Shown: piece after piece, positions 8,630-18,357 of the stretch
Position numbering within the stretch: position 1 is the stretch's first letter
Layout: each line of letters opens with the position of its first letter
DNA from: Archaeoglobaceae archaeon
GTDB taxonomy: Archaea; Halobacteriota; Archaeoglobi; Archaeoglobales; Archaeoglobaceae
Assembly: GCA_025057895.1 (NCBI GenBank)
Contig: JANXEF010000001.1
Span: forward strand, 118,755 to 182,754
Direction of reading: 5' to 3'
DNA length: 64,000 nt
Notes under the pieces: model-generated
Database searches by the model: none
Told to the model about the DNA's origin: nothing
The model's input: the letters and a program-made list of their open reading frames with translations, nothing else
Program-made: the position numbers and the translations under genes

Positions 8630-9856
8630 ATGGAAGACGTTAAACTCGTCGAACTCCTGTTAACAGCTGAGATATTCAACAGATATGAAAATCTAAATGA
8701 AAGCGATATCCCAAGAGAAATAAGAAAAGTTCTATACACTAGAGGTAGTCTCAAAAGGCCAATTATCATCAAAGAAGACGTTGCAATTAAATATGCTGGA
8801 AAATCATGCCCCTTACCTTTCATCGATTGCAACCCTCTGACTAAACAGCTAAAAATAACTTCCTTCGAGATTGCAATAAAATGGTTCGCTTCAAAAGGCA
8901 TAGAGCTGATAAAAAGAAATCCTGTTCTTGCTTTTTATTACGAAAACTTAGACTCACTAAACATCTCATATGAGATTGCAAAGAAGAACAATCTACCAGT
9001 CCACGGAGATCGAGAATGGCTTTTGCAACTAATTTCAGATCTTGAAAAGAACGAAGAAATGAAAGAAATGCTTAATCTAGTCAGGATTTTTTCTCCTGAG
9101 GACATAAACATTGATTTTGATTCAATTGCACTGAATGATGAACAGATCGAAGAGATAAAGAAGATGGAAATTGCTTTGAGAGAGACTGAATTCCTAAGAA
9201 AAGTAGGATTAACTGATATTGGAAAATTGCTATTCGTAGGACCTCCAGGAACTGGAAAAACAACAACCGCCAGAGCACTCTCCAAGAGATTCTACTTACC
9301 CCTTCTTGAAGTTAGACTTTCAATGGTTACAAGCCAATACCTTGGAGAGACATCAAAAAACATTGAAAAGATCTTTGAACTTGCGAAAAAGATGAGCCCT
9401 TGCATTCTTTTTATAGATGAATTCGATTACGTCGCAAAGATGAGGACTAGCGATGAGCATGCAGCAATTAAAAGAGCTGTAAATACACTTCTAAAGGCGA
9501 TAGACGATATTAATCTCGTCAACGACAGAGTTCTACTCATCGCAGCAACGAATCATCCTTCAATTCTTGATCCAGCTGTCTGGCGAAGGTTTGACAAAGT
9601 TCTTGAGTTTCCTGAACCAGAAGAAAAGATAAGAAGAGTGATTTTTGAGATATTTCTTCGGAAGATAGAGGGTGAATTTGAAATCGAAGAGCTTGTAAAA
9701 GAGAGTAAGGGCTTTACAGGAGCAGATATAAAACTTGTTGTCAGAGAAGCTATACTTAAAGCTTTGCTTGATGGAAGAAAAAGAGTTTATCAAAGTGATC
9801 TATTGAATGCCATAACCGAAATAAAGGAAAGATTCAAGATGAGATATGATGGTTAA
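8630..9856 (+). CDS. AAA+ ATPase (classical clade) with a roughly 190-aa N-terminal domain of unknown function
   Basis: Walker A is GPPGTGKTT, Walker B is ILFIDEFD, and the SRH/arginine finger region is ATNHPSILDPAVWRRFD. Its stop overlaps the start of the next gene. Confidence 0.7.
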   Translation: MEDVKLVELLLTAEIFNRYENLNESDIPREIRKVLYTRGSLKRPIIIKEDVAIKYAGKSCPLPFIDCNPLTKQLKITSFEIAIKWFASKGIELIKRNPVLAFYYENLDSLNISYEIAKKNNLPVHGDREWLLQLISDLEKNEEMKEMLNLVRIFSPEDINIDFDSIALNDEQIEEIKKMEIALRETEFLRKVGLTDIGKLLFVGPPGTGKTTTARALSKRFYLPLLEVRLSMVTSQYLGETSKNIEKIFELAKKMSPCILFIDEFDYVAKMRTSDEHAAIKRAVNTLLKAIDDINLVNDRVLLIAATNHPSILDPAVWRRFDKVLEFPEPEEKIRRVIFEIFLRKIEGEFEIEELVKESKGFTGADIKLVVREAILKALLDGRKRVYQSDLLNAITEIKERFKMRYDG

Positions 9857-10610
9857 ATTGCTCGGAACAGGTGACTCTCCAGGGACCCCTATTCTAAACT
9901 GCCACTGTACAACATGTGAAGATGCGAGGAAGAGGGGATGGGAGAGAAGAAGATTCTCAATTATGATAAAAAACGAAGAAAAAGTTGTTTTGATAGATAC
10001 TTCTCCAGACCTACGTAGACAACTTCTTGATAGCGGAATTGAAAAGATAGACGCTGGAATATGGACACATCCACATTTCGATCACTTTAGCGGGTTTGGA
10101 GAGTTTTACAGAGTTCAAGGCAACGTTGAGGTTTACACAACTTCATCAATTCACGACAACATCGGCAAATTCATGCAATTTCTCAATTACAGACAAAAAG
10201 AGGTTGAGATTTTTCAGAATTTTTCTATTTCCAACATAGAATTCACTCTTTTTCCAGTAAATCATCCACCAGTTGACGCTGTTGGGGTTAAAGTTGAATG
10301 GAATGGTTTCAAGATTGTTATAACTGGGGATACAAATATGGAAATAGATGAGAGAAGCTTAGTTGAGATGGAGAATGCAGACTTAATGATCATAAATGCA
10401 ATAGCACCAACTGGAAAGTTCAAGAAGCATATGAATGCAAAGGAGGCGATGAGTTTAGGTGAAAAATTAAGTGCAAAGAAAGTGATTTTATCCCATCTTG
10501 GCCATTTCTATCCACCACATAGGATAGCAATGAAAATATTTCCTGTTGGAGAGGATAACCAAACTTTCTATTTTGGTGAGGGGAAACTTGATGAATTCCT
10601 TGGGGATTGA
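9846..10610 (+). CDS. MBL-fold metallo-hydrolase
   Basis: The HxHxDH motif is THPHFDHFSG, with downstream His/Asp ligands. It is translationally coupled to the AAA ATPase. Confidence 0.65.
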   Translation: MMVKLLGTGDSPGTPILNCHCTTCEDARKRGWERRRFSIMIKNEEKVVLIDTSPDLRRQLLDSGIEKIDAGIWTHPHFDHFSGFGEFYRVQGNVEVYTTSSIHDNIGKFMQFLNYRQKEVEIFQNFSISNIEFTLFPVNHPPVDAVGVKVEWNGFKIVITGDTNMEIDERSLVEMENADLMIINAIAPTGKFKKHMNAKEAMSLGEKLSAKKVILSHLGHFYPPHRIAMKIFPVGEDNQTFYFGEGKLDEFLGD

Positions 10611-11523
10611 TGTTGGAGGAGCAAATTTAAAAGTTGCTGGAGAAGGAAAAATGGATATAATTTATTTTCCAATGTGGAAAATGGCTGAAAAACTAAAAGA
10701 GAAGCTTTATGAGATTTCAAGAGATTATGGGGCTGAAAAAGCTGGAGTTGTGATGACTGCAGAACTCGCTGATGTGTTTAGAAATAAGATAGAAGGAATA
10801 AAATTTATTGCAAAAAAGTGTATGGAGGTTTTTAAAGAGGTATACTTTCTGGATGTACACGGAAATATCACTAAAGAAATAATAGATCCCAGAGAATTCT
10901 CAGCAAGTAATTGGATAGCTTCAATTTCTTTTTTACTTTCAGAAGGCTATAAAAACTTTTTATTCGTAGATATTGGCTCAACTACAGTAGATCTGATCCC
11001 AGTAAGGGAAAAAATACTTTCAGCCTTAACAGATTTTGAAAGATTGAAAAGAAGAGAACTAATATATTTTGGAATTCTGAGGACTCCAGTTTTTTACGTT
11101 CTGAAAAGTTTTGAAAAAGCTAGACTTTGCCCAGAATACTTTGCAATAATGGCTGATATTTTTAGAATAGTTGGAGACATAGAAGAAGAAGATTACAACT
11201 GCGAAACGCCTGATGGAAAAGGGAAAAGCGTTGAAGATTGTATGAGAAGAGTTGCAAGAACTGTTTGCTGCGATCTAGAGGAACTTAGCGAAGATAAAGT
11301 TAAAAAATTAGCTTTTGAAGCTAAAAAATCAATGATAAAGACACTTTCAAGAGAGATAAGCAATAAAATTAATAAATATGAACTTAAAACAGTTTTAGCT
11401 TGTGGAATTGGCGAGTTTCTCCTTGAAGAGAGTTTTTATTGCTTAAGACTCTCTAAGATCTATGGTAAAGCTTCAAAACTCTTTCCAGCTTTTGCAATGT
11501 TCAAGCTCGTTGAGAAGCTTTGA
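10591..11523 (+). CDS. Hydantoinase_A/ASKHA-fold protein (COG1548 / TIGR03123-like 'H4MPT-linked C1 pathway protein')
   Basis: N-terminal LGIDVGGANLKVA phosphate-1 (actin-like ATPase) motif. The start was chosen at the internal ATG (10591). The track ORF begins at 10546 and overlaps the MBL gene. Confidence 0.5.
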   Translation: MNSLGIDVGGANLKVAGEGKMDIIYFPMWKMAEKLKEKLYEISRDYGAEKAGVVMTAELADVFRNKIEGIKFIAKKCMEVFKEVYFLDVHGNITKEIIDPREFSASNWIASISFLLSEGYKNFLFVDIGSTTVDLIPVREKILSALTDFERLKRRELIYFGILRTPVFYVLKSFEKARLCPEYFAIMADIFRIVGDIEEEDYNCETPDGKGKSVEDCMRRVARTVCCDLEELSEDKVKKLAFEAKKSMIKTLSREISNKINKYELKTVLACGIGEFLLEESFYCLRLSKIYGKASKLFPAFAMFKLVEKL

Positions 11524-12027
11524 ATAGTAAAGAATTTCACAGGAATGTTCGACGTAACATGCTCTGTTAAACGCATCTCTGAGATTTTTTCCTCCTGAGT
11601 ATATTCCATGTCCTCTTGCAACAGCTACTCCTGAATCTCTAACAAATTCTGCTACCTTATCTGCATAATCCTCACTTCCAAACTCTTCTTTTACTACAGG
11701 AATTTTCCTAAAATAAATTCTTCCTTCTAAGTCCAGAGGAAATATTTCGTCTTCCTTTAAACTCAAAACCACGTTGAAAATACCATGGCAGTGAACTACA
11801 GCATTGAAATCAGTATATGCATATATCTTTGCATGTACATTTTTATCTCGCGAGGCTGAAGAATCCTCGATCGAAACAAAATCTGAAATGTCCAATGAAT
11901 CAAGATTTGCTCCTGACTTAGTTATCAATATTTTATCACCCTCTTTAAAACTTATATTTCCACTTGCCCCGTCGATGAGTTTTGTGTAAAATAGTAACTT
12001 TCCAATTTCAATTGCTTCTCTCTTCAT
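11473..12027 (-). CDS. Class II aldolase/adducin-family protein (FucA / ribulose-5-P-4-epimerase-like)
   Basis: The GASGNIS motif and the His ligands in HCHG and HGIY are present. Confidence 0.7.
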   Translation of the reverse strand: MKREAIEIGKLLFYTKLIDGASGNISFKEGDKILITKSGANLDSLDISDFVSIEDSSASRDKNVHAKIYAYTDFNAVVHCHGIFNVVLSLKEDEIFPLDLEGRIYFRKIPVVKEEFGSEDYADKVAEFVRDSGVAVARGHGIYSGGKNLRDAFNRACYVEHSCEILYYSKLLNELEHCKSWKEF

Positions 12028-12077
12028 GACTTCAAATCAACGAAATCTTTAAAAACCTTTTTTCTAAATTTATCTTA

Positions 12078-12740
12078 GTGCCCAAGAGGGCTATTTTGGG
12101 TGAAGATATGGAGGGAAAGATCTATAAGGGGACAACTACGGTTGGCTTGGTGTGTAAAGATGGCGTAGTTATGGCTACTGAGAAAAGAGCGACAATGGGA
12201 AGTTTCATAGCAAGCAGAACTGCCAAGAAAATCTATCAAGTAGGAGATAGAATAGCGATGACTACTGCTGGAAGTGTTGGAGATGCTCAGTTTCTTGCAA
12301 GGTTGATAAGAGTTGAAGCAAACCTTTATGAAATAAGAAGAGAAAAGAAACCTTCGATTAGAGCAATTGCAACGCTCACATCTAACTTGCTGAACTCCTA
12401 TCGTTTCTACCCATACATCGTCCAACTTTTAATAGGAGGAATAGATGAAGAGGGGTCCAAGATATTTTCTATTGATCCAATCGGTGGTGCAATCGAAGAA
12501 AAAGATATCGTCGCTACGGGAAGTGGAAGTTTGACTGCATATGGAGTTCTTGAAGATAGATTTTCTCCTATAATAAGTGTCAAGGAGGCTTTAGAGCTAG
12601 CAGTTAGAGCTATATTCTCAGCGATGAAGCGTGACTCCTCATCGGGTGATGGAATAGATGCTGTTAGAATTACGGAAGAGGAGTATTACCAGTTAAAACC
12701 GGAAGAATTGGATGCAATAGTTTCTAAGTTCAAGAAGTAG
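12078..12740 (+). CDS. psmB: Proteasome subunit beta
   Basis: The propeptide is followed by [20 protein letters not shown], which carries the catalytic Thr1 context. Confidence 0.85.
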   Translation: MPKRAILGEDMEGKIYKGTTTVGLVCKDGVVMATEKRATMGSFIASRTAKKIYQVGDRIAMTTAGSVGDAQFLARLIRVEANLYEIRREKKPSIRAIATLTSNLLNSYRFYPYIVQLLIGGIDEEGSKIFSIDPIGGAIEEKDIVATGSGSLTAYGVLEDRFSPIISVKEALELAVRAIFSAMKRDSSSGDGIDAVRITEEEYYQLKPEELDAIVSKFKK

Positions 12741-12741
12741 G

Positions 12742-14631
12742 ATGGAAACCGATGAAATAAAGAGAAAAGTTAAGGATCTCGTTCCAAAGAATATAAGAAT
12801 TAAAAACGTAGAATTTGAAGGACCACTTTTGGTTGTCTACATCGAAAATCCACAAGAACTGGTGGAAGTGGATATAGTAAAGAAGTTAGCAAAAGAACTC
12901 AGAAAACGAATTGTAATTCGTCCAGATCCGAAAATTCTAAAACCCAAAGCCGATGCAAAAGAGTTAATAATGAAAATAGTTCCAGAAGATGCAAAGATTT
13001 CGAACATCGAGTTCGATGAGGAGAACGGAGAAGTTGTAATAGAAGCTGAGAAACCCGGAATTGTAATAGGGAGACAGGGAATAACTTTTAGAGAAATAAT
13101 GAAAGAAGTTGGTTGGAGTCCACGTGTGACTAGGACTCCTCCTCTCAGGTCGAAGATAATCGAAAACATAAGAGACTACCTAACGAGCGTCAAAGATGAG
13201 AGACAGAGTGTGCTGAGAAAAATTGGAGAGAGGATACATCGAAAGGTTCTACTCAACGGAAATTGGGTAAGAGTGACGTTTCTTGGTGGCTGTAGGGAAG
13301 TTGGTAGAAGCTGTTACTTGTTACAAACAAGACATAGTAAAGTATTGATAGATTGTGGAATAAATGTTAGTAACATTTCTGAAACACCATATCTTTATCT
13401 ACCAGAAGTCCAACCATTAGATTCACTCGATGCTGTTGTAATAACACATGCACATCTCGACCACTGCGGTCTTGTGCCTCTGCTTTACAAGTTTAACTAT
13501 AAAGGACCAATTTATGTAACTCCTCCCACAAGAGATCTAATGGTTCTACTTCAGCTAGACTTCATAGAAGTTGCTGGTAGAGAAAAAGAAGCAATTTACA
13601 CTTCAGCAATGGTTAGAGAAGCTCTAAAACACACAATAACTTTGAACTATGGAGAAGTTACAGACATAAGTCCGGATTTGAGACTAACTTTTTACAATGC
13701 CGGCCATATTCTTGGTTCAGCAATTGCACATTTCCATGTAGGCGAAGGACTTTACAACATAGCCTTTACAGGAGATTTCAAATTTGAAAAAACTAGACTT
13801 TTCGATAAAACAACCACGAGTTTTCCCAGACTCGAAGCACTGATAATGGAAGCCACCTACGGTGGTGCAGAGGACTTTCAACCATCGAGAGCTGAGGCTG
13901 AACAGAAGTTGATAGAGATAATAAACGAGACAATCGAAAAGGGGGGAAGAGTTCTAATCCCAACATTTGCAGTTGGAAGAAGTCAAGAAGTCATGATCGT
14001 TCTTGAAGAGGCAATAAGAGAAAATAAGCTTAAAGAAGTGCCGATATACATCGATGGGATGATCTATGAAGCTACTGCAATTCACACCGCTTATCCTGAA
14101 TATCTAAATGCCAATCTTAGAGACTTAATATTTTACGATGGAATAAATCCCTTTATAAGTGAGAGCTTCATACGTGTTGATTCAGTTGATAAGAGAGAGA
14201 GCATCATAAACGATTCATCTCCTTCTGTGATAATATCTCCTTCTGGAATGCTCAATGGAGGACCAGTAATGGAATATTTTAGAAATCTCGCTGGAGATGA
14301 GAAAAACATGATAATATTTGTTGGTTATCAGGCCGAGGGGACTTTGGGAAGAAAAGTGCAAAAAGGATGGAAAGAAATACCTTTCTCAGTTGATGGCAGA
14401 AGAGAAGTAGTTGAAATAAAGATGCGAGTTGAAACTGTAGATGGTTTTTCAGGACATTCAGATAGAAGACAGCTACTTAACTACGTTAAGTTCTTGAATT
14501 CAAAGCCATCGAAGATAGTAACAGTTCACGGTGATGAAACTAAATGTGTTGAACTTGCATCCGGTATTTACAAAACTTACAAGATTGAAACAAGAGCACC
14601 ACTTAACATGGAAACGATTCGATTTCTTTGA
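12742..14631 (+). CDS. Archaeal CPSF1-type beta-CASP ribonuclease (two KH domains plus MBL/beta-CASP); transcription termination factor FttA/aCPSF1
   Basis: 629 aa with N-terminal KH domains, the HAHLDHCG motif and beta-CASP motifs. psmB followed by aCPSF1 is a classic adjacent pair. Confidence 0.85.
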   Translation: METDEIKRKVKDLVPKNIRIKNVEFEGPLLVVYIENPQELVEVDIVKKLAKELRKRIVIRPDPKILKPKADAKELIMKIVPEDAKISNIEFDEENGEVVIEAEKPGIVIGRQGITFREIMKEVGWSPRVTRTPPLRSKIIENIRDYLTSVKDERQSVLRKIGERIHRKVLLNGNWVRVTFLGGCREVGRSCYLLQTRHSKVLIDCGINVSNISETPYLYLPEVQPLDSLDAVVITHAHLDHCGLVPLLYKFNYKGPIYVTPPTRDLMVLLQLDFIEVAGREKEAIYTSAMVREALKHTITLNYGEVTDISPDLRLTFYNAGHILGSAIAHFHVGEGLYNIAFTGDFKFEKTRLFDKTTTSFPRLEALIMEATYGGAEDFQPSRAEAEQKLIEIINETIEKGGRVLIPTFAVGRSQEVMIVLEEAIRENKLKEVPIYIDGMIYEATAIHTAYPEYLNANLRDLIFYDGINPFISESFIRVDSVDKRESIINDSSPSVIISPSGMLNGGPVMEYFRNLAGDEKNMIIFVGYQAEGTLGRKVQKGWKEIPFSVDGRREVVEIKMRVETVDGFSGHSDRRQLLNYVKFLNSKPSKIVTVHGDETKCVELASGIYKTYKIETRAPLNMETIRFL

Positions 14632-14647
14632 ATTCATAAATTTTATT

Positions 14648-16798
14648 TTAATATATATAAGGTGGATATGGTGGATATGGTGGTTCTATCGTAGGTACTG
14701 GAATAATCATACAACCACTGAATTCTGCAAATACATACTTATCTGAATCCATATGTAGTTTGCAAGTAGATGAGCCGCTACAATCTCCGCTCCAAGATAT
14801 GAAGTTACCAGGAGGATGAGCCGTTAGTTTTACATCTGTTCCTAGTGGGTATGTGTAAGTACAGGTATTGATCATAAAGCGCCCTCCTGCAGGGCAGTTG
14901 TGATCTGGAGGATCGACATTAACGTACCAGGTAGATTGTCTACCACAAACTTGCAGAGTTAATTTTGTGGTAACTGGGTTTACTCTTACCATCACAGAAG
15001 TCTCGTTGTTTGCTTCATTGCTTTCATAAATTTCCGCACCTGAATCTGCAACAACGGTTATTATATATTCTCCTGCCTCTTTTGGGGTCCATTTGATGCT
15101 TGCAACAGTGTTGGATTCGGCATCGAGACGATCGATTCTAACTTCCCCTATTCGGCTATTGTTCGCATAGAAGCTAACAGTAAAAGCTCCTGCGTTAGCA
15201 TTTCCAATATTTTCAATCTTTGCATTGATATTCACCTGATTTCCAACCACTGGTGAAGCTGGATCTATCGTGATTTTTTTAACCGTAAGATCCGGAAGTT
15301 TTATTATAGCCTGATTTATATTAATTTGTAATATTTTAACACAGTTTGCAACTATTCCGATGAGTGCAGCGGTTCCATTACCAATTGCAGTAACACTCGC
15401 AGTGGCATTTCCATAAATGTTGGTGTATTTCGTTTTTTCAGATACAGAAATTATACTCGAATTTCTTGCAAAGTTTACGAGGATATCTTGAACATTTGAA
15501 GAATGATACCTAACATTTAACGTGAAATTCTTGCTACATGGGAAGAAATTACAAGACCAAAAATCGTTCTCGATCGGTTCTTCTGTGCTTGCGTTGAACC
15601 ATTGTAAACTAAAAGGACAAATATCACTACCATCAGTAGGTTTTTCAGTAACTGTAATGTTAAAGAGTTGCCAACAAAATCCAGAGCATTCAATATTATT
15701 TGACAACGTAAAGTTAACTTTCCAGTTTCCTGTTCTCGATGCATGGAAAGTGTACCATATCTCGCCAAAATCGTCGCTGAAAAGAGTATAAGTTTTATCC
15801 AAAATATTATCGTAGACCAGAACTGTAATCCCTTCAATACTTCTGTTCGAATCGTCTAAAACCTTTACACCAAGCTGTAATGTCGAATTTCTAAAGACAT
15901 AATAACTCTTCTCTGTGATGTTGATAATTTTTAAATTTCTAACAGTTTGACTTTCAGAGATCTCCCCTGGACTCAAAATGTAAGCCTCAAAAACAGTTAT
16001 CTCGAGTGTGATGTTATCAACATCTAAAGTTATATTTTTTTTATCTCTCACAACATTTCCATAAATCCCAGAGAGAGTTTTATTCCAGAATTCGGCTGTA
16101 TTTTCATCAAAGCATTCAAATGTAATTTTTCCGCTGAAGATGTTCTTACCTCCAACAGAAATTGGTATAAAGATCAAATTCGCATTCTCAGTAGTTGCAA
16201 AAATGTTGAATTTAGCCTTTATGATGTGAAGTGATATTAAACTTTTCATGAAAGAGCTTTGTTTTGATTCAGCTAAAAAAACATTATTTTCAATTCTTAA
16301 AACTGCTGAATGTTCGTAAACGAGCTTTGAACGTTCAGAATAAAAGTAGTTCGGTTCAAAAACGATGGCTGAAGTATAGTTGTCAAACTCAAGTGGTAGA
16401 ATCTGACTACCAACAATGGTAAATCCTTTGATTCTAACATTCAAATTTTTAGCTGAAATGATTGAAGATGTTTTGGAAGGAGAAAAGAGAATATAATAAT
16501 TTGGATATTCTACTCCAGCTTTTAAAACAATCTTCGCTGGATTCCCAGTTGAAGCGGAGATAGATAAAACCTCGTCGATATCAGCAATCTCGTATTTAAG
16601 TTCACTGAAATGTTTTGCTTCGACAGCTTTGTTCCACTGTGGTAAAGCTGTTGATTGTATAATGCCAATTAATCCCATCATTATAGCCATCAATAGAATG
16701 AAACCAATCAAAGGTGAAACGGCTTTGTTGCTCACGATAATTATTGTGTAATAATGATTTTTAAAGTTTTTGATCAAAGTTTTAACTACTAAGATCAA
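14648..16798 (-). CDS. Large secreted surface protein with an archaeal class III (type IV pilin-like) signal peptide and a CARDB domain
   Basis: The N-terminus NKAVSPLIGFILLMAIMMGLIGII resembles a PibD/FlaK-processed prepilin signal. The CARDB-like segment is NIGNANAGAFTVSFYANN...EANNE. The tail is Cys-rich and ends PPYPPYPPYIY. Confidence 0.6.
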   Translation of the reverse strand: MILVVKTLIKNFKNHYYTIIIVSNKAVSPLIGFILLMAIMMGLIGIIQSTALPQWNKAVEAKHFSELKYEIADIDEVLSISASTGNPAKIVLKAGVEYPNYYILFSPSKTSSIISAKNLNVRIKGFTIVGSQILPLEFDNYTSAIVFEPNYFYSERSKLVYEHSAVLRIENNVFLAESKQSSFMKSLISLHIIKAKFNIFATTENANLIFIPISVGGKNIFSGKITFECFDENTAEFWNKTLSGIYGNVVRDKKNITLDVDNITLEITVFEAYILSPGEISESQTVRNLKIINITEKSYYVFRNSTLQLGVKVLDDSNRSIEGITVLVYDNILDKTYTLFSDDFGEIWYTFHASRTGNWKVNFTLSNNIECSGFCWQLFNITVTEKPTDGSDICPFSLQWFNASTEEPIENDFWSCNFFPCSKNFTLNVRYHSSNVQDILVNFARNSSIISVSEKTKYTNIYGNATASVTAIGNGTAALIGIVANCVKILQININQAIIKLPDLTVKKITIDPASPVVGNQVNINAKIENIGNANAGAFTVSFYANNSRIGEVRIDRLDAESNTVASIKWTPKEAGEYIITVVADSGAEIYESNEANNETSVMVRVNPVTTKLTLQVCGRQSTWYVNVDPPDHNCPAGGRFMINTCTYTYPLGTDVKLTAHPPGNFISWSGDCSGSSTCKLHMDSDKYVFAEFSGCMIIPVPTIEPPYPPYPPYIY
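14661..14683. repeat. Short tandem repeat (GGTGGATAT)x2.5 encoding the PPY repeats at the C-terminus of the surface protein
   Basis: Direct reading gives ggtggatatggtggatatggtgg. Confidence 0.5.
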
Positions 16799-16854
16799 AG
16801 AACTTACAAAACAGTAATAAAAAATCTTTTAAACTCTTTTGTCAAAATAAATTT

Positions 16855-18357
16855 ATGAAAGCAAGGAAAAAGATTATTCTGATCACTATTCCTCTTGTAC
16901 TCACATTTTTTATATCCATGAGCTACTTGGTATTTTCGATCGAAATGAAATCAGTTGTTCTTAATTCAAAAGCCTATGCAGAGGAGAAAAGTAAAGCTTT
17001 CAAGATGATGATCAATATCGAGTTACAGAATCTAGAAGAACTTTGTAAAGACTGGGCTTTCTGGGATGATACCTACGAGTTCATAGAGAACAGAAATAAG
17101 AATTACATTGCTTCCAACCTTGTCGAGAGTACATTCAGAGATGCTAGAATAAATCTTATTATTTTTCTAAATAAAAATGATGAAATAGTATATTCAAAGT
17201 TCTACAACGAGAGATGGGAAGAGAAAGAGATCGACGAGATCTTTCTGAAACGCGAATTTATGAAAAAAACAGGTTTCATGAAATTTGGACAACACTTGAT
17301 TCTCATATCTTCAAAACCGATTCTAAAAAGCGATCTAAGTGGAGAAGAGAGAGGTCATCTTCTAATGGGAAGAATTTTGGATGATGAGTGGTTTTTCAAA
17401 ATTTCAGAAGCTTTAAATGTCAAAATCCAACTTAAAGACGTTAAAGAAGTTTATAATGAGAAAATAGTAGCAAGAACGGAAGTTGAAGACATATTAGGAG
17501 AAAAGTTAGTTTTTGCACTCGAATTCACAAATCCAAACTACATTGATCATATCCGTGATATTTTTCTCTACATCTTCTCTTTTTTAATTCTCGTACTATT
17601 CTTTTACTCAACAACTATTTTTTTGATAGACAGAGAACTGATTTCTAAGATTTCTAGGCTTGAAATGTTTGTATCTAAAGCCAAAGCTGGAGACAGAGTT
17701 GAAGTTACAGGGGTAGATGAAATCAATGAGCTGACAAGTGGCATCAATCGAATGCTCTCTCGAATAGAAAAGAAAGAAAGGGAGACCAACTTTCTTCTAA
17801 AAATTCTAAAACACGATCTCATGAACGTCCTAGCATCTCTAAGCGGGTATCTAGAAATCATGAAGCTTGAAGGAAAACTTAATAATCTTGAAAAGGCTGA
17901 AAAGCAGATTGATAGGGGTGTAACCCTCATAAAAGCAGTGGAAAAGCTTGAGACAGAAGAAATAATGAGAATCCGAATTGGAGAAGTTGTAGAAAAATTG
18001 CGAGAGATTTTCCCAATAGATATCGAACTGAGAGGAGATGCGACAATCCTTGCTGACGAGGGTATTTACGTCATCTTCAGCAATCTGATCGATAACTCGA
18101 TAAAACATGGAAATGCTAGCAAGATCTTTTTGGAGATTGAAAAAGACAAAGAAGTCTTTGTGAGATTTCGAGATAACGGAAAAGGTTTCTCGAAGACTGC
18201 AATGGAAAGAGCTTTCAAGGATATATACATCGAGGGAAGTACTGGGCTTGGGCTTTTAATAGTGAAAAAGCTAGTTGAAAAATACAATGGTACTGTGCAG
18301 ATTTTAGATGAAAACACAATATTTATGAGATTCCCTAATCCTTATGCAAGCTCATAG
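16855..18357 (+). CDS. Sensor histidine kinase with an extracytoplasmic sensor domain flanked by two TM helices
   Basis: The TM helices are at roughly residues 8-28 and 232-255. A HisKA-like H-box is followed by an HATPase_c domain (DNGKGFS, GLGLLIV). No response regulator lies adjacent. Confidence 0.75.
   Translation: MKARKKIILITIPLVLTFFISMSYLVFSIEMKSVVLNSKAYAEEKSKAFKMMINIELQNLEELCKDWAFWDDTYEFIENRNKNYIASNLVESTFRDARINLIIFLNKNDEIVYSKFYNERWEEKEIDEIFLKREFMKKTGFMKFGQHLILISSKPILKSDLSGEERGHLLMGRILDDEWFFKISEALNVKIQLKDVKEVYNEKIVARTEVEDILGEKLVFALEFTNPNYIDHIRDIFLYIFSFLILVLFFYSTTIFLIDRELISKISRLEMFVSKAKAGDRVEVTGVDEINELTSGINRMLSRIEKKERETNFLLKILKHDLMNVLASLSGYLEIMKLEGKLNNLEKAEKQIDRGVTLIKAVEKLETEEIMRIRIGEVVEKLREIFPIDIELRGDATILADEGIYVIFSNLIDNSIKHGNASKIFLEIEKDKEVFVRFRDNGKGFSKTAMERAFKDIYIEGSTGLGLLIVKKLVEKYNGTVQILDENTIFMRFPNPYASS

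Noticed and set aside
8596-9285. Minus-strand ORFs (101, 115 and 65 aa) overlapping the AAA ATPase gene
   Set aside because: They are antisense to a strongly supported CDS. The translations are low-complexity (S/F/I/L-rich), which is typical of a shadow frame.
14661-14683. Considered whether the C-terminal PPYPPYPPY tail is a PGF-CTERM-type archaeosortase sorting signal
   Set aside because: No hydrophobic TM helix and no basic tail follow. The protein simply ends IY*. It is not a canonical sorting signal.
15517-15837. Paired antisense ORFs (106 aa minus, 89 aa plus) inside the 716-aa surface-protein gene
   Set aside because: They are internal to a long, well-supported ORF, carry no motifs, and are frame shadows.
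17604-18317. Three minus-strand ORFs (108, 85 and 83 aa) inside the histidine kinase gene
   Set aside because: They are antisense to the HATPase_c-containing CDS and carry no independent support.
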